The position numbers were made by a program, and so were the translations under genes. From NCBI GenBank assembly GCA_004022145.1, contig RCNU01000004.1: 64,000 bases of DNA; one strand, written 5' to 3'. This document shows positions 1 through 12,485 of the stretch, one piece after another. The notes beneath the pieces were generated by a model. That model was not told the origin of the DNA. It saw only the letters and a program-made list of their open reading frames with translations, and did no database searches. This DNA is from Paecilomyces variotii. Its lineage: Eukaryota. Numbering within the stretch: position 1 is the stretch's first letter; every line of letters begins with the position of its first letter.

Positions 1-2848
1 CTTCCCTGATGTCGGTCAAGGCGGCTGGCCTGGGTCCAATTTCGGAAACCAGTGCAACGGGCAGACATATACTAATGCTGATGGTGAAGCGACTCAGCTG
101 CTGTCCGGTTGTCAGCAGATTGCGGACGATATTCCCGTCTGTCAACAGGCTGGCAAGAAGGTCTTCATCTCTCTTGGAGGAGCTTATCCCGCAGACGGCC
201 AAATCATCGATAATGATGACTCTGCGCGCGATTTCGCCGACTTCCTCTGGGGCGCTTTCGGTCCAGAGACGGACGCCTGGGTGGCGCAGAATGGGCCCCG
301 TCCATTTGGTGATGCCGTGGTGGATGGTTTTGACTTTGATATCGAGCACAATGGACCCACTGGTATGCTCACACTCGATTGAACGATTGGGACTAGTTCT
401 GACTCTTCTTGAACAGGATATGCCGCTCTGGCTCGGCGCCTACGTGACAACTTTAGCGAGTTCCCATCGAAGCAATTCTATCTCTCTGCTGCGCCGCAGT
501 GCCTATCTCCCGATGCGCAGCTGTCTAATGCGATCCAGTTTGCCTCTTTCGATTTCATCTGGGTTCAATTCTACAACACTGATCCATGCTCTGCCCGTGC
601 CTGGGTGGATGGGGATGTGACTTCCGACTTCACGTTTGACGCATGGATTGCCGCCATCAAGCTCGGGGGCAACCCATCTGCTAAGTTGTTTATTGGTCTC
701 CCTGCCGATCCTACCCAAGCGTACTATGTTAGTCCAGATGAGGTTGAGACTCTGGTGGAGGAATACATGGGCAGATATCCCGAAAACTTCGGAGGAATCA
801 TGATCTGGGAGGCGACAGCTTCCGACGAGAACCAAATCGACGGTCGCAGCTACGCAGCCAACATGAAGAGCGTCTTACTCAAATATGCTCCTCCTGTGGC
901 GACTCCGACGCCCCCTGTCTCTTCTTCCGCCATTTCTTCTAGCAAGCCCACGCCTTCTGGCGCATCATCTGGACAGCTTACTTCCTCTGTCATTCCTTCC
1001 AGCAAGCCCACTCCTTCTGCGCAGTCTACTTTCTCTTCCATTGTTTCTGGCAAGCCTACTCCTTCTGGACAAGCTACTGCTTCCAGCAAGCCCACTCCCT
1101 CTAGCAAGCCTACTCCTTCTGGACAGGCTACTGCCTCTGGCAAGCCCACTCCCTCTGGACAGGCTACGCCCTCCAGCAAGCCTACTCCCTCCAGCAAGCC
1201 TACTCCCTCTGGCAAGCCTACTCCCTCTGGTCAGGCTACGCCCTCTAGCAAGCCTACTCCTTCTGGACAGGCTACTGCTTCCGGCAAGCCCACTCCGTCT
1301 GGTCAGGCTACGCCCTTTAGCAAGCCTACTCCCTCTGGCAAGCCTACTCCCTCCAGCAAGCCTACTCCCTCCGGCAAGCCTACTCCCTCTGGACAGGCTA
1401 CGCCCTCTAGTAAGCCTACTCCCTCTGGACAGGCTACTCCCTCCGGCAAGCCTACTCCCTCTGGACAGGCTACTATCTCTAGTAAGCCTAACCCCTCTGG
1501 ACAGTCTACTTCCTCTGCCATTCTTTCCGGCAAGCCTGCATCGTCCGGCAAGTCCACCCCCTCTGGACAAGCTACTCCTTCTGGAAAGCCTATTTCTTCT
1601 GGACAGGCCGTTTCTTCTGGCAAGCCTACTCCTTCTGGAAATCCTGCTTCCTCTGGTATTCCATATGGCAAGCCTACTCCTACTGGCACGCTCGTTTCTG
1701 GAAAGGCTACACCGTCTGGAAAGCCGGCTTCGACTGCCAGTATCATTTCGACCTCAAAATCAAGTTCGAGCGCCCCAGTCACTGTCTCTGGTCCTGCATT
1801 AAGCGTTGCGACCTCCGCAACACGCAGCAGCAGCGGAAGTGGCTTGTCGTTTTCTGGCTCAAGCTCGGTCGCTGCTCTTCCTTCGTTCTTCAGTGCTACT
1901 ATGTCCCACATCAGCCCGTCCGCCTCTGTCATCCGTTCCACAACTACCGGTCAGATGGATCCTTCTATAACCCCTAATGCTGGCGTCTCTTCTGCGGCAT
2001 CTGGATATACTTCTTCCAGCTCTGGACTTGCTACCATTACAACCGTTATCGTTACTTCGTATATCGACATCTGTCCTACCGGCTTCACCACGATTACGAC
2101 AACTTACACCACGTACTACTGCCCTGGAACGGTTTCCGCAACGACGACTCCTGCTGCTTTGCCTACCGGCTCGTCTAGCCAGACTACAACCCCGCAGCTT
2201 CCAGAAGGCTGGTCTACCACTGTTACCGTTTGCACACAGTGTGCTGCTACACCAACCACTGTGACTCTCACGAAGCCTCTTACTGCTACTAGTATCAGTG
2301 TTATAACAGCTACTGCAACTGAAGTTGCTTCTGCTAGCACCTCTGGCAACTCTGGCAGTACTGCTGTATCGGGAGAAGGCGCTACCTCTTCCAGTCAACT
2401 CCCCGGAAGTATTGCAACTGCTCTTCCGGCTGGCCCCTCTCAGCCTGCTCCCGTTGCAGGCTCCTCTGGCTCCGAAGGCGAGAATATCTCTTCCTCCAGC
2501 AGGGTTGTCACTGCCAGTGTTGTGCTGGCCAGTCCATCTGGAGTAGCTATCACACCTGGTCAGAGCGGTGCTGCAAATGAAGAGGTTGCCTCGACGGGGC
2601 CCGCCCTGACTACCGTCCCTGTTATCCCCGTGAAGGGCAGCAACATCCCTGTGCCAACTGGAACTGGCTCCCACCAGACTACTTTCTCTTTCAAGCCGTC
2701 CGTTCCTGTCTCTCGTGTCCCCGTTAGCCCCAGCAGCACCCAGGGCAGCGTCGCTCCCGTTTTCACCGGTGCTGCTGGTCGGGCGTCTGCGACAAGCTGG
2801 CTTGTTGCCATTCTTGCTGTAGCGGCCTCTGCGCTTTCTCTGATGTGA
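1..2848 (+). CDS. chiA: GPI-anchored class III (GH18) chitinase with long Ser/Thr/Pro-rich stalk; 5' end outside window
   Basis: Frame 2 from base 2 reads FPDVGQGGWPGSNFGNQC...KKVFISLGGA...RPFGDAVVDGFDFDIEH (GH18 DxxDxDxE motif). GT-AG intron 363-416 joins to GYAALA...LSAAPQC...FIWVQFYN...FGGIMIWEA. Then S/T/P repeats, Cys-bearing YIDICPTG and VTVCTQC motifs, and a hydrophobic C-terminal GPI signal. Confidence 0.93.
941..1722 (+). repeat. Coding minisatellite of 18-bp units (SKPTPS / GKPTPS / GQATPS)
   Basis: Repeated agcaagcctactccctct and ggacaggctacgccctct units are visible directly in the sequence and translation. Confidence 0.95.
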
Positions 2849-4977
2849 ACAAATGTCACAGAAGTAGAGAGCGGCTTCAATCAGTAATGGCAAAATATTT
2901 ATGACGTCTTACTCTTCTAGCTAACAAATATGCCTTATCCAACTGGACACGCTTTCCGTGTCTTCTATATATCTTGGATATGATGTATATATTGACCACA
3001 ACTACTATATTTTTGTGTATGAATACTTCGGTTCCTAATTACTCATTATCTCTCACAATGTTGCTTTGTAGCGGCCTCAGATTAGTCTTCTTGTCAGTAA
3101 TGGATTCTTGCAATCCCGCGAAGCGATTCTGTTCGTTCAAAATTGGCAGCTCCAATTTCATGGAATATTGGGTTCCCGGCACTGTACAGTTCGTAGACAC
3201 GGAAACGATAATATCCAGATGCTAGACTCTACGATGCATAGGAATTCCGATAGTAGTACCGGGTTCTAAACTTCACGAGGTTATTTTTTTCCTTGGGTGA
3301 TTGATACTTAGTGTGATAAGGCCAGATGACGCTAAGAAAAGCAAGGTTGTGAGCACTGAGGGCCGCTGTGCAACCCACACTTTCCCCACGGTGGATTGCA
3401 CGAGTATATTACCTACCGGACGGCAAGAGAGTCCGATCACTCGAGTGATCTCTTTAGTATCTAGAGTCAGTATCCGATCTCTGGAGATGCTGCTATCCCA
3501 GGACATAGTGAGCGAATGAGAGCCTATACTCTTCCGGAACAAGAATCCTCCCTTCGCAGAGTACATCAGTTACTGCGCATTCCCCGCCAATATATCGCGC
3601 TATCTAAGTCTTGCTAGTAAACGTACAGATATATGGTAGAGTCGAGTAACTACACGCTACACGCGGAAGGATTCAGACGAACCACCGTCGTAGACTTGCC
3701 AGCAAGGAGCCCGGATCTGCAGCGGCTTGACTCGACTTGGAAGAAGCACGGGGACACTGTCAATCATGTTTCCCCGCTTGATTCAGCGGCCACAAGCGAA
3801 TAACAACGCCATCTCACAATTCCTGCGTGCTTTATCCAGCCATAGAGACATATGTTGAGCCAAAGGATGTCTCGTAGCTACTGCCTGGAACAGTCTGTGG
3901 GGAATAATGGGTGTTGTTTGCGTTCTTGACGCTTCTCAATCTGCGCCATATATGTACCAACCATTGTCTCTGAAGCGATTCTTTTGGGCTGCTCACCGTG
4001 GTCGTCTAGTTTCGAGATCTCACAACCTTCAAAGTGGAACAGATACGATGGGAGTAATGTAGCCGCGCGACCGTCACTACTGGCTAAACTAGTCCATGCA
4101 GTAGCCACGCTATGACGAGCAGATTTCCTTGTTTCATGCTTGCCTTGTTTTTCTCGAAGAAGTGTGGAATCCTCAGGCTGTCGAGATCAAGGTGACCGAA
4201 AACCAGACAACCGAAGGGAGGCATATGGAGTAGGGATCAGAACAGTGAAGCGTAGGACGGAGACTAGCACAGCCAGGTCGATCAGCGAGCCGTGTAGCCC
4301 AAAGGAGACCGAATTGCTGAGGGGGAGCGACGGTTGTTGCGGGTGAGCCGAATGTCGTGTGGGCGGGATGGAGGAGAGGCTGGAAGCTGATCAGGAGCCC
4401 GATGGAACCAACTCGATTATTATCTCTACTTCGTGTCTCTAACCGACCATCTTACTCCTATCATCTCAGAAAAGCAGCGTGCCATCCTCCTTGCTGGTCT
4501 CTCGACGTTTCGAGTCGGGCGTTGTTCCAGACAGCTTGGCAGTGCTGTATTCTATACCTCAGGTTCAACGCCCGGTTTCGTCCCGCGACGACGTATTTCC
4601 CACGTCCGGAGAGCTGTGATCTCATCTCGTTTCACTTCCACTCCATCGCTCAATTATCGCGACTCTAGACATCAGCGCAACACCGTGGACTTGCAGCTGC
4701 ATCGCTGAAACATTGCTCATTTGCGATCTCCGTCCTTACCGACTACGCAGGCAGCCGTTTAGCATCTCCTCCAGCTGCAGAGGCCCTCCTACTTAGTTCC
4801 CGGCCCCGCCCTTCCTCATATCGAGTGTACCCCCGCGTCCCATACCCAACGGCAGGCCGGTTGATAAAGGGAGATTGGCTCGTGGGAAAGGCAGATAACC
4901 GGCTTGATCAGTTGGCAGCAGAATAACTTACCCCCCAACCCCAGTCGGAAGTTATTTCTCGGCCGTGAAGCGCGGCG

Positions 4978-5811
4978 ATGGACTTCGATCTGGTCCCCGG
5001 TGGTTCGGGAAGGAACTATACGGGAATTCTTACCAAGACTATTGTCTATACTGGATCACTCCTAGTGTTTCTTGCTGGTATGTTATGCACTTGCTTCGTA
5101 CCGTGCCCGTACCGTGCCTGTTTCCCTTATGTTCCGTATGAACCATGAAAGCTAATATCGAATTGGTTGAACAGCTTTTGGCTTAACTATCGCATCAATC
5201 ATCATCCCAAAATGGGTCAGTTATCATAGCGACAAGGTACGCGAACAATCTATATGAGATGTGGGTGTTGAGTGGTATCTGACTCTAGCAGCCTAACTTC
5301 CACTACTCCTACGGACTCCATCGCCGTTGCTCTTCCCTGACCGACACGTGCGAGCCATTCCCACAATATGAGGATTGCCATGCGGATGACAGATATTTCT
5401 GCTCGATGTGGCGCTCCGTCGGTTTCTTTATGTCCTTCGCGGTTGTCCTGGAGGGCATGACGATCGTCGCATACCTCATCATCCTCGCGGGTGGAAAGCA
5501 ATTGCGCGAGTCTGGCTGGAGCGTCTTGAGTTTACTGATAATGTTGTCGGCCGCAGTTCAGGCTGCTAGCATGGCCTTGGTGGTAAGTGGATAAGCATCT
5601 CCGGTGACATATGCGAGACCAGCTGACACACGCACAGGCTTATCTATACGACAATGATGAACGATTCTTCGTGGGCTGGAAGCTGGATGAGTCGTGGATC
5701 ATGTGCACAGTCAGTTGGTGCATTTCGCTATTCTGCGCTGCTGTTGTGATTGCTGCGGCGCGCGTGCTCCCCTCCGAAGGTGGCTACGAGCTCATTCCCG
5801 ACCCCTCGTGA
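4978..5811 (+). CDS. Four-TM claudin/PMP22/SUR7-like membrane protein (4 exons)
   Basis: ATG 4978 (MDFDLVPGG...IVYTGSLLVFLA). GT-AG introns near 5078-5174, 5237-5291 and 5584-5637. Exons give IIPKWVSY, YGLHRRCSSLTDTCEPFP...FCSMWRSVGF, and GWKLDESWIMCTVSW. Confidence 0.8.
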
Positions 5812-6308
5812 TCGAGCAGGCAGGAAGAGTGTCGAAACTAGCAGGAAAGCGCAATTCTGTGCTGATATCAACCTATTAATTCACGTTTGAAAAGCTGCGA
5901 TCCCAGCGGCGCTGGTGTATTTGCGCTGTCTCCGAGTCGAGTTCCAAGGAACGCCTAATTTATATTATTACGATAACCCACGAGTGATACGAGCTCTCTA
6001 ATGCTTTGTTTTCCTTGTTCGTCTCTCCCCTGCTTACTGGAGGAGGGCTTATGGCGGCTTTTGTTCAATCTCCTATTCAATTATGGCGTTGATCTGGTAC
6101 GCACATGTCTATATGCAAATCTGACATCTGGGGCACATGCAATAACAGTTGTATGTTGGCCAGCTACATTGATAATGGATTCATTTGCCCTTGACATTGT
6201 TCAAGACGAGCGGTGACGAGCGGTAACATAACTAAATAATCTTGATCACCCGGACAAATATATCGATTAGATCAAGAAGCATTCTTTGAATGTTCTTTCA
6301 GATCACGT

Positions 6309-6401
6309 GGGGCGATGGCGTAGTTGGGAGCGCGTCAGACTGAAGTCAAACTTCGGCCATAGCAAATCTGAAGGTCGCCGGTTCGATCCCGGCTCACCCC
6401 A
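6309..6401 (+). tRNA. tRNA-Phe(GAA) with 20-nt intron (6346-6365)
   Basis: A-box TGGCGTAGTTGG; anticodon arm TCAGA-CT-GAA-G[intron]A-TCTGA; T-arm GCCGG-TTCGATC-CCGGC; acceptor GGGGCGA/TCACCCC plus discriminator A. Intron CTTC can pair with the anticodon. Confidence 0.93.
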
Positions 6402-6408
6402 CTTGGAA

Positions 6409-6418
6409 TTTTCTTTTT
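6409..6418 (+). terminator. Pol III oligo-T terminator of tRNA-Phe
   Basis: TTTTCTTTTT 8 nt after the tRNA; a further T8 run follows near 6432. Confidence 0.7.
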
Positions 6419-6479
6419 GGTTTGGAAATTATTTTTTTTATCGTCGTTGCTCTCTTAGTATGGTTGGTTTCTCTACGTT

Positions 6480-6606
6480 TTAAGAATATATAGAGCTTAC
6501 TCTATAAAGTTTTAGTAGAGTTGCACTATTATATAAAGTAACTAATAATTAATATAACTTTATCCTGAAGTTATTAAAGAGTTATATAATTACTAGTATA
6601 TATATT
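6480..6606. other. Very AT/TpA-rich tract, probable RIP-degraded repeat relic
   Basis: Abrupt compositional shift (e.g. actattatataaagtaactaataattaatataact) just downstream of the tRNA. Confidence 0.4.
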
Positions 6607-6818
6607 CCGGTACACGAAACAGTCTACTGGAAGAAAGGAGTTATTCTTAGTCTCCCAGTATCTCTATTCATCTAACGACCTTGTAAGACGCGCGTTATAT
6701 CAATAACAATATATAGAAAAGCAGGTTAGAGTGGATCTACCTATGAATACAAGAACGGGAGTACTCGTCTTCGAATTGACACGGAATGGCCACCTCAAAC
6801 CATCGTCCCAACAATGTT

Positions 6819-7265
6819 TCAGTCTGCTTTGTTCTTTGCCAGCCCTTCCATACCATCCAGGTCTGCTGTAGACGCTCGCAAGCCAGTCAACGCTTCCGTC
6901 ATATTCTTTCCATTCCGGCCTAATTCGTTGAGCAGCCAGACGAGATGATGGGACTTTTCAATCGGCCCTTCTTTCACTTTGACAAACATTGAAAGTGGCC
7001 TGGGTGCCATCACCGACCTCTCCTCCACTAAACAGAGGCTCTCGTCTGATAGTATTGGACGAGCCGAAGCCTGAGTGTCCTTCTCCCAGTTTTGGTCTTG
7101 GACGTCAGCGATTCTGTAATAGATGGCCATCTTGAGACCCAGGGGCATCTCCTCTTCATAAAATAACCCGTTGTTAGTCGTGCTCATTGTAGCTCTAGCG
7201 GTACCAGCTGATGACTTGATTTCAAACTCGGTAGTATTGTGGCTGGTGTGCTTTTCCTCGACCAC
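6819..7265 (-). pseudogene. Possible gene fragment of unknown family
   Basis: 148-codon open frame with protein-like composition inside an otherwise decayed region; no recognised motif. Confidence 0.25.
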
Positions 7266-7576
7266 TTCGGAGGACTCTGACCGCGACCAGAAGGTACTTG
7301 CGAGTAAGGTGTGATTATGTAAAAGTTCGAGAACGTCTGTCGCGTTCAGTTCCTCTGGGATGGGATAATATTCCGTCTTTGCAGATTTAGTAGAGTAGAG
7401 GACTTTTTTTCTATATGTTAGCCGGAGTAGGAAATGACTACTTAGGCGGGGAGGGAGGGCTTACAGGAAGACATATTGACAGTGTAGTATGAGTACCTCA
7501 ATGTCGGCTCAGTTTATGTCAAAGCGGGGTCTGGCATTAGTTGTTTAATACTGAGCATTGATGTTATATCGTCATA

Positions 7577-7852
7577 GAGTTTTAGACCGTCAGCTCGGAC
7601 AGACTACTACTATTTACATAAATACCTAGTTGCTTTACTTACCCGTAGATCTCCTATTTGCGACGCCTAACCAAAAACAACTAACGTTATTCATTAAAGC
7701 ACGTTAAAAGTATGTTTATTTAGATAATTATACCGATATATTCTTTGAAATATATTTATAGTTAAGCAATACTGTGGGTTATGGTAAAATTCATAAGAAA
7801 GTTAATGGGGTAACCGAGCTGATAAGCTCTCTGAGCTGACGGTCTAAAACTC
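7577..7852. mobile_element. 276-bp MITE, 20-bp perfect TIRs, TA target duplication (Tc1/mariner-type)
   Basis: GAGTTTTAGACCGTCAGCTC at 7577-7596 and its exact reverse complement at 7833-7852; TA at 7575-7576 and 7853-7854; AT-rich non-coding interior. Confidence 0.85.
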
Positions 7853-10099
7853 TAGTTCACACTAAGTACGCATCGCTCGGACAATTCAAGTCTTTCTTAT
7901 CCAATGAGACTATAGATCACAGTATGCTCCACTTAGGGCATATCTCACATAAGACATAATAATATAGAGTGCAAGCAGGATTATTGAAGGCAAAAGGATA
8001 GTATACTAAGTAAGTTATTCAACCGGATTATGTATAGCTTTAAATTAACCTTTCTTAGCATATAAACTAGTATTAGTGCTATCCGAATACTTAAGGCATC
8101 CTACTGCTCGTGAGATAACAATAATATTCGGAATTAAGGCGGCAAGTATGGATCCCAACCTAACGGTAAAGTTATTTCAGTAAAGTTATTTCAGCAAGAG
8201 CATGCCGAAAGTCTAATTGCTTATTAGGGCCATATGCAAATAAGCCGCAGATTTCTGTAACCCCTCCCGATTGGGAATATCTTACCTCAGCCGTATAGAG
8301 ATATAAGTTATCACACCCTTTTATTAGTAGGGATAGCAATTATACTCTAGAGGGATACATCCCTGTACTTCAACTAGACGCGGACCTCCAACATGCGGAG
8401 ATTCGAAAAGAGCAAGTCTACCGAGTAAGAAATGCCTCAATTATCTCTGTTATACCTATGCATCTTCCCAGTCATTTTATACTGTAGTATGAGATAGTCT
8501 CACTGGAAGATCAAGGGTTCATGAGGGCATTTCAACATTGTGGTTCGGATGTGGATAATACCTTTAGTCACTAATGCTTTTTCGAATTGTGTTCGGACTT
8601 TGGACCAGGCATGAACAAACGCCTTGGAATACATGGAAACAAGCGCCTTAGTATGGGCCTAAGCAACAGCCAAGCTTGCAAGCTCTGTGCATATCATGTA
8701 GGCCCCGTGTATTTCAAGTCTTCGCTTTTATCCAAGGAACGTGGGAGAGTAGCTCGTAAAGGTTTCCTAACCATAAGTCCACGACTCAATGTTGTTCTAT
8801 GAATTGGCCCCATGGTGCTCCGGGTTACATCGCCAACTTAAGCTGACAAGACTTCTTCCACTTATGCAGTCGTAAAGCGTTGGAAGCCCTGATAGGAGCT
8901 CCGTAGTCTCTTCTAAAGACCGTAGGGGGTAGGCCTGACCAGACTGTGAGACGATTCAGGACTTTATCTATTCCCATTGGTAGGAAGCATGGTGGATGCA
9001 AGCTGTTTTCCAAGGCAGAAGACCTCATTTCACCCAACAGCGCAATTTGTTCATACCTAAATCCAGATAGTCAACTACCAGAAGCACAGAGGGCCTGATC
9101 TCGGCTGGGATGCCTGCCCATTGAGGAAAAGTAACGACTGTCAGCAGCGTGATGAAGCTGCTGGAAGCAGACTCGACGTTGGCTATAAAGATTGCTCGAA
9201 TGTCCCTTCGAAGTGTTCCTTTCTCTCGCTCATTCAACTAGAATCGTCCGGTTATTGCATTTCCTTCTAAAGAGCTTGTACCATCAGTATATACCCATCC
9301 AGTGATGTTCAACATGGCCGAGAAATCCGATATAGTTCAGGAAGAGAACTACAATGCCACACGGTATTCCGTTGATCACAGACAGCAATCGCTACCTCAA
9401 ACGGTCTATCAGAATGTTGCTGGTCGTCATGATTCTTTTCGATGCAATGACTATCGCCTTCGTGCACCTTACTATTCAACTGGGCCGTGAGCGCAACCTG
9501 ATTCTGCACCTCGAGACCCAAATCCATCTCGTGTAAAAAAAGGTATACAGTAAGCATGTCAGACGATAATACGACCCTGTGCATATTATCATGCCATTCG
9601 AGAGTTATTACCCCCATTCTGCCCCAAAATAAGTGAGAGATCAAAGATAGACAAGTTCGATATCTTCGATCATGTACAAAGTAGAGCTAGACTACTTCAA
9701 TTCGGAAAATGAGGGGCTGGTAGTAAGTATGGCGCCTGCTGTTGCTAGCACATCCAACAATGCGGCAGATGACAGACGCAAGGCCGAGCACCGCAAGATC
9801 CTGAACGGTATGAGGGCTCCTAATCCGTTCGCTGGGCTGACTCTAAGGATCAGCAGGTTCTTTGGCGCTATACGTGCTCTCGGCTTCGCCCCGAGGGCAT
9901 GCTATCTCGCCAGTGGCCCATGAGGAAGATAATCACTCTGCAGAGTATTACAGAGGAAATAGAAGATTAGTTCAGATGCTTTTGTTTTATAGCAGGGGTT
10001 TTATGCAGCGCAGAACAGTCTTCAAAAGATCGGGATATGTTGCTCTGAAAGATGCCAGCCTCTTGAAATGTGCGTTAAGCCGTCCAGTCGGTCAGTTTC

Positions 10100-10760
10100 C
10101 GCTCCTCTTTTTTCCTCCATCTTATTTCGCACAAGGTCGTCTATCTCTTGCCTCTCTTCTGCAGTCAGTAATTACAGAAGATCGTCGAGGTTGGCTTGGC
10201 CAAAGAATCTTCAGTCAATTTTTAGCCCAATATATCATGTTAGATCCAGCTAGGACCAGACCTCTGAGGAGTTCTCCTTTTTGGTCTAGTCGTCTAGTCG
10301 ACTTCCGTTATATCATGTCAAAAGCATAACTTCTCCTGGCCGCATAGTTGACTCAGAAATCGCCACTCTCCCAATTGGCCCTCATATATGTAGAGAGACG
10401 GTGTTCTTCGGCCAACAATCCACGATCGAGTGCCACTTGCTCTCTCTCTCTCTCTCTTCAAGTACCCTGTGAAAGGTCTTCAGATGGATCTCATAAATAT
10501 TCGCCCAGTCATCCAGCCCTTCCGGCCAGTATTTGGGCCAGATTCATGGTGACCACGGCTTGCACCGCATGTCCTCACCTTCTCATCTTGAAGAGCTTCT
10601 TCGTGCTGTCCTCTGCAGGCAGTAATTGCTACTCACTGGGGAAAGGAGTAGAGAATCGACCCTTCGCTTGTCCGGTCCATTGTCAATCTTAATACTTCCG
10701 CAACGCAGCCATGATTATATGCCAGCCCTGAATTGGTCCGCAAGAGGCATGATATTGGGT
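10100..10760 (-). pseudogene. Pseudogene of fungal APH/phosphotransferase (kinase-like) family
   Basis: Minus strand reads ...DEKVR [large deletion] ...KYWPEGLDDWANIYEIHLKTF...HRLSTYMRANWESGDF*VNYAARRSYAFDMI[insert]YWAK[frameshift]ID*RFFGQANLDDLL*LLTAEERQEIDDLVRNKMEE. This matches the C-terminus I recognise from this family. Boundaries approximate. Confidence 0.75.
10241..10308. mobile_element. 68-bp foldback insertion flanked by 10-bp direct repeat
   Basis: TATATCATGT at 10231-10240 and 10309-10318; removing the insert plus one copy restores ...FDMIYWAK of the pseudogene. Confidence 0.75.
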
Positions 10761-11486
10761 ATTACATTGGTCTTTCTCAAATGCCTTGCAGTAATCCCAC
10801 CCCAACTCCACATCGAACAGATGAAAGAGATATTTCTCACGATGATCGGCCATTCGCCTTGACTTCGCCCAGGAATATCTAACTCCTCTCTCAGTAACTA
10901 TGGCAAACGCTCAACTGCTGCTGCATATATCGATAACTACCTAGACTTACTTTAAGCCCACAATAATATACAAGAGTTAAGACCGGGAAATGCTACACCC
11001 CGTCAGTTGCTTCCTGTCAGTATACACTTTTCTTGCATTATAAACTAGTCTGGCAGGTGCTCTATATCGTTCAAGGAACCAAATGCGCTATTCTGTGGGC
11101 GTTCAATACCAAGTAGGTGCTGCTCCTTTGTGAAAAGTAGTAATAGGCACGCATAGGTAATAAGTTAAGAGTATAAAATAGTTATTGCCTGCACCCAGAG
11201 TTTATATATGCTTTTCTATATTTATCCCGAGCGACAGAGTCGCCCGCCAAGGATAAAACTAGCACCTTACTTAGTGAATCTGGCCCGGACAAAACTCATT
11301 CAATAGTAGTATATATTGAATAGGAGCACCAGCGCCTCAAAAACAAATAGGACACCCCAAAATCCTCACAAATTGTTTCCTGGAGCCTCTCTAACACGCG
11401 CTACTCAATATAAGGCCACTCTAATCATTATCCCTATCGCTGCACAATAGCATACGAAAGTTAAGGTCTAGAAACTAGAAGCTTCG

Positions 11487-11830
11487 ATGCGAACTGAGCA
11501 AATGCTCAGAACAGATACCTCCCAGATCTGGCAATCTCTCAATAACGGGAGTGCCACAGTCCTCTGGTTCCTATTCCCCGCAGCAAACCCGTATACTACG
11601 TGGCATTCCATCCTTGCGGTCCCAGTCATTTCAATATCGGACGACTCTCCAAGCACGAGCCGATACCGTCAAGGTCGATACTTTTACCGTTGCTTTTCAG
11701 CAAGCAGTGCCGGTCGCCTGAGATGTGGGAATAGACCGCGTCGGCCCTCGTCTATCGCAGGCAGAGCTCCTCTTCCAATTTGATCGACACCGGGACAGAG
11801 CGAATAAGATCCCTAGACTATACCTCAAGC
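11487..11830 (+). pseudogene. Possible frameshifted gene relic
   Basis: YFYRCFSASSAGRLRCG followed in another frame by LSQAELLFQFDRHRDRANKIP resembles fungal hypothetical proteins; not verifiable without a search. Confidence 0.3.
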
Positions 11831-12415
11831 TGCGAGGTACTCTGGCGTCAGGCAACCTGCATAACCTGGTGCATTTCATATAGCAGAAAACGTGAAGCCT
11901 CCAGCTGCTGGGAATTTCCTTTTTACTCTATATACGGTCATAACCAACTCGATCGAAGAAAGAAGACAAGGCGCAGCAATATTGGCTCCTACTGCCCAGC
12001 CAAGCGGTCAAATGTGCCGGTGTAACTATCCCGCTCCCAGATTCGGCAATATCTGAAACCTCTTTGACTATTACCATGGATTAAGTACCATTTACCCCTA
12101 TAGTCTAGCTTCTTTGTCCCGTCCGTAGATATGAAATATGGGGCTAGCGCATGGCCTTTCCATCCCAATAACAGGGTTCACCCATCTTTTAGCTATGCTT
12201 TCGTACCTGGTACCTGGAATGGTCCATCAAGCCCTAATTAACTCGACATTTCCCTGAAAGTCAAACTCAAACTCGGTTCCTGCCTACATGGGGTATGCTA
12301 GATGTATATATTATGTAGGAACGGGCAATTTCCGAGTAGGCAGCCCGTACTATTGAAGATGAGGACAAAACGGCAAAAGAACTGGGCGCAATAATACCCT
12401 TTGACCTTTGCCAGA

Positions 12416-12485
12416 TCTAGGACAATGTGTCAGATCCAGGCAGACACATCAGGAGATTCCTCCTTTTGGGTCAAATTGGTCTAGA
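12416..12485. repeat. ~70-bp foldback sequence related to the 10241-10308 insert
   Basis: Shares AGATCCAG, CAGAC, AGGAG..CTCCTTTT, GGTC and GTCTAG in the same order; bounded by near-inverted TCTAGGACAAT / ATTGGTCTAGA. Confidence 0.55.

Noticed and set aside
850-1941. Several long overlapping repeat ORFs on other frames and strands
   Set aside because: Shadows of the stop-free chitinase minisatellite.
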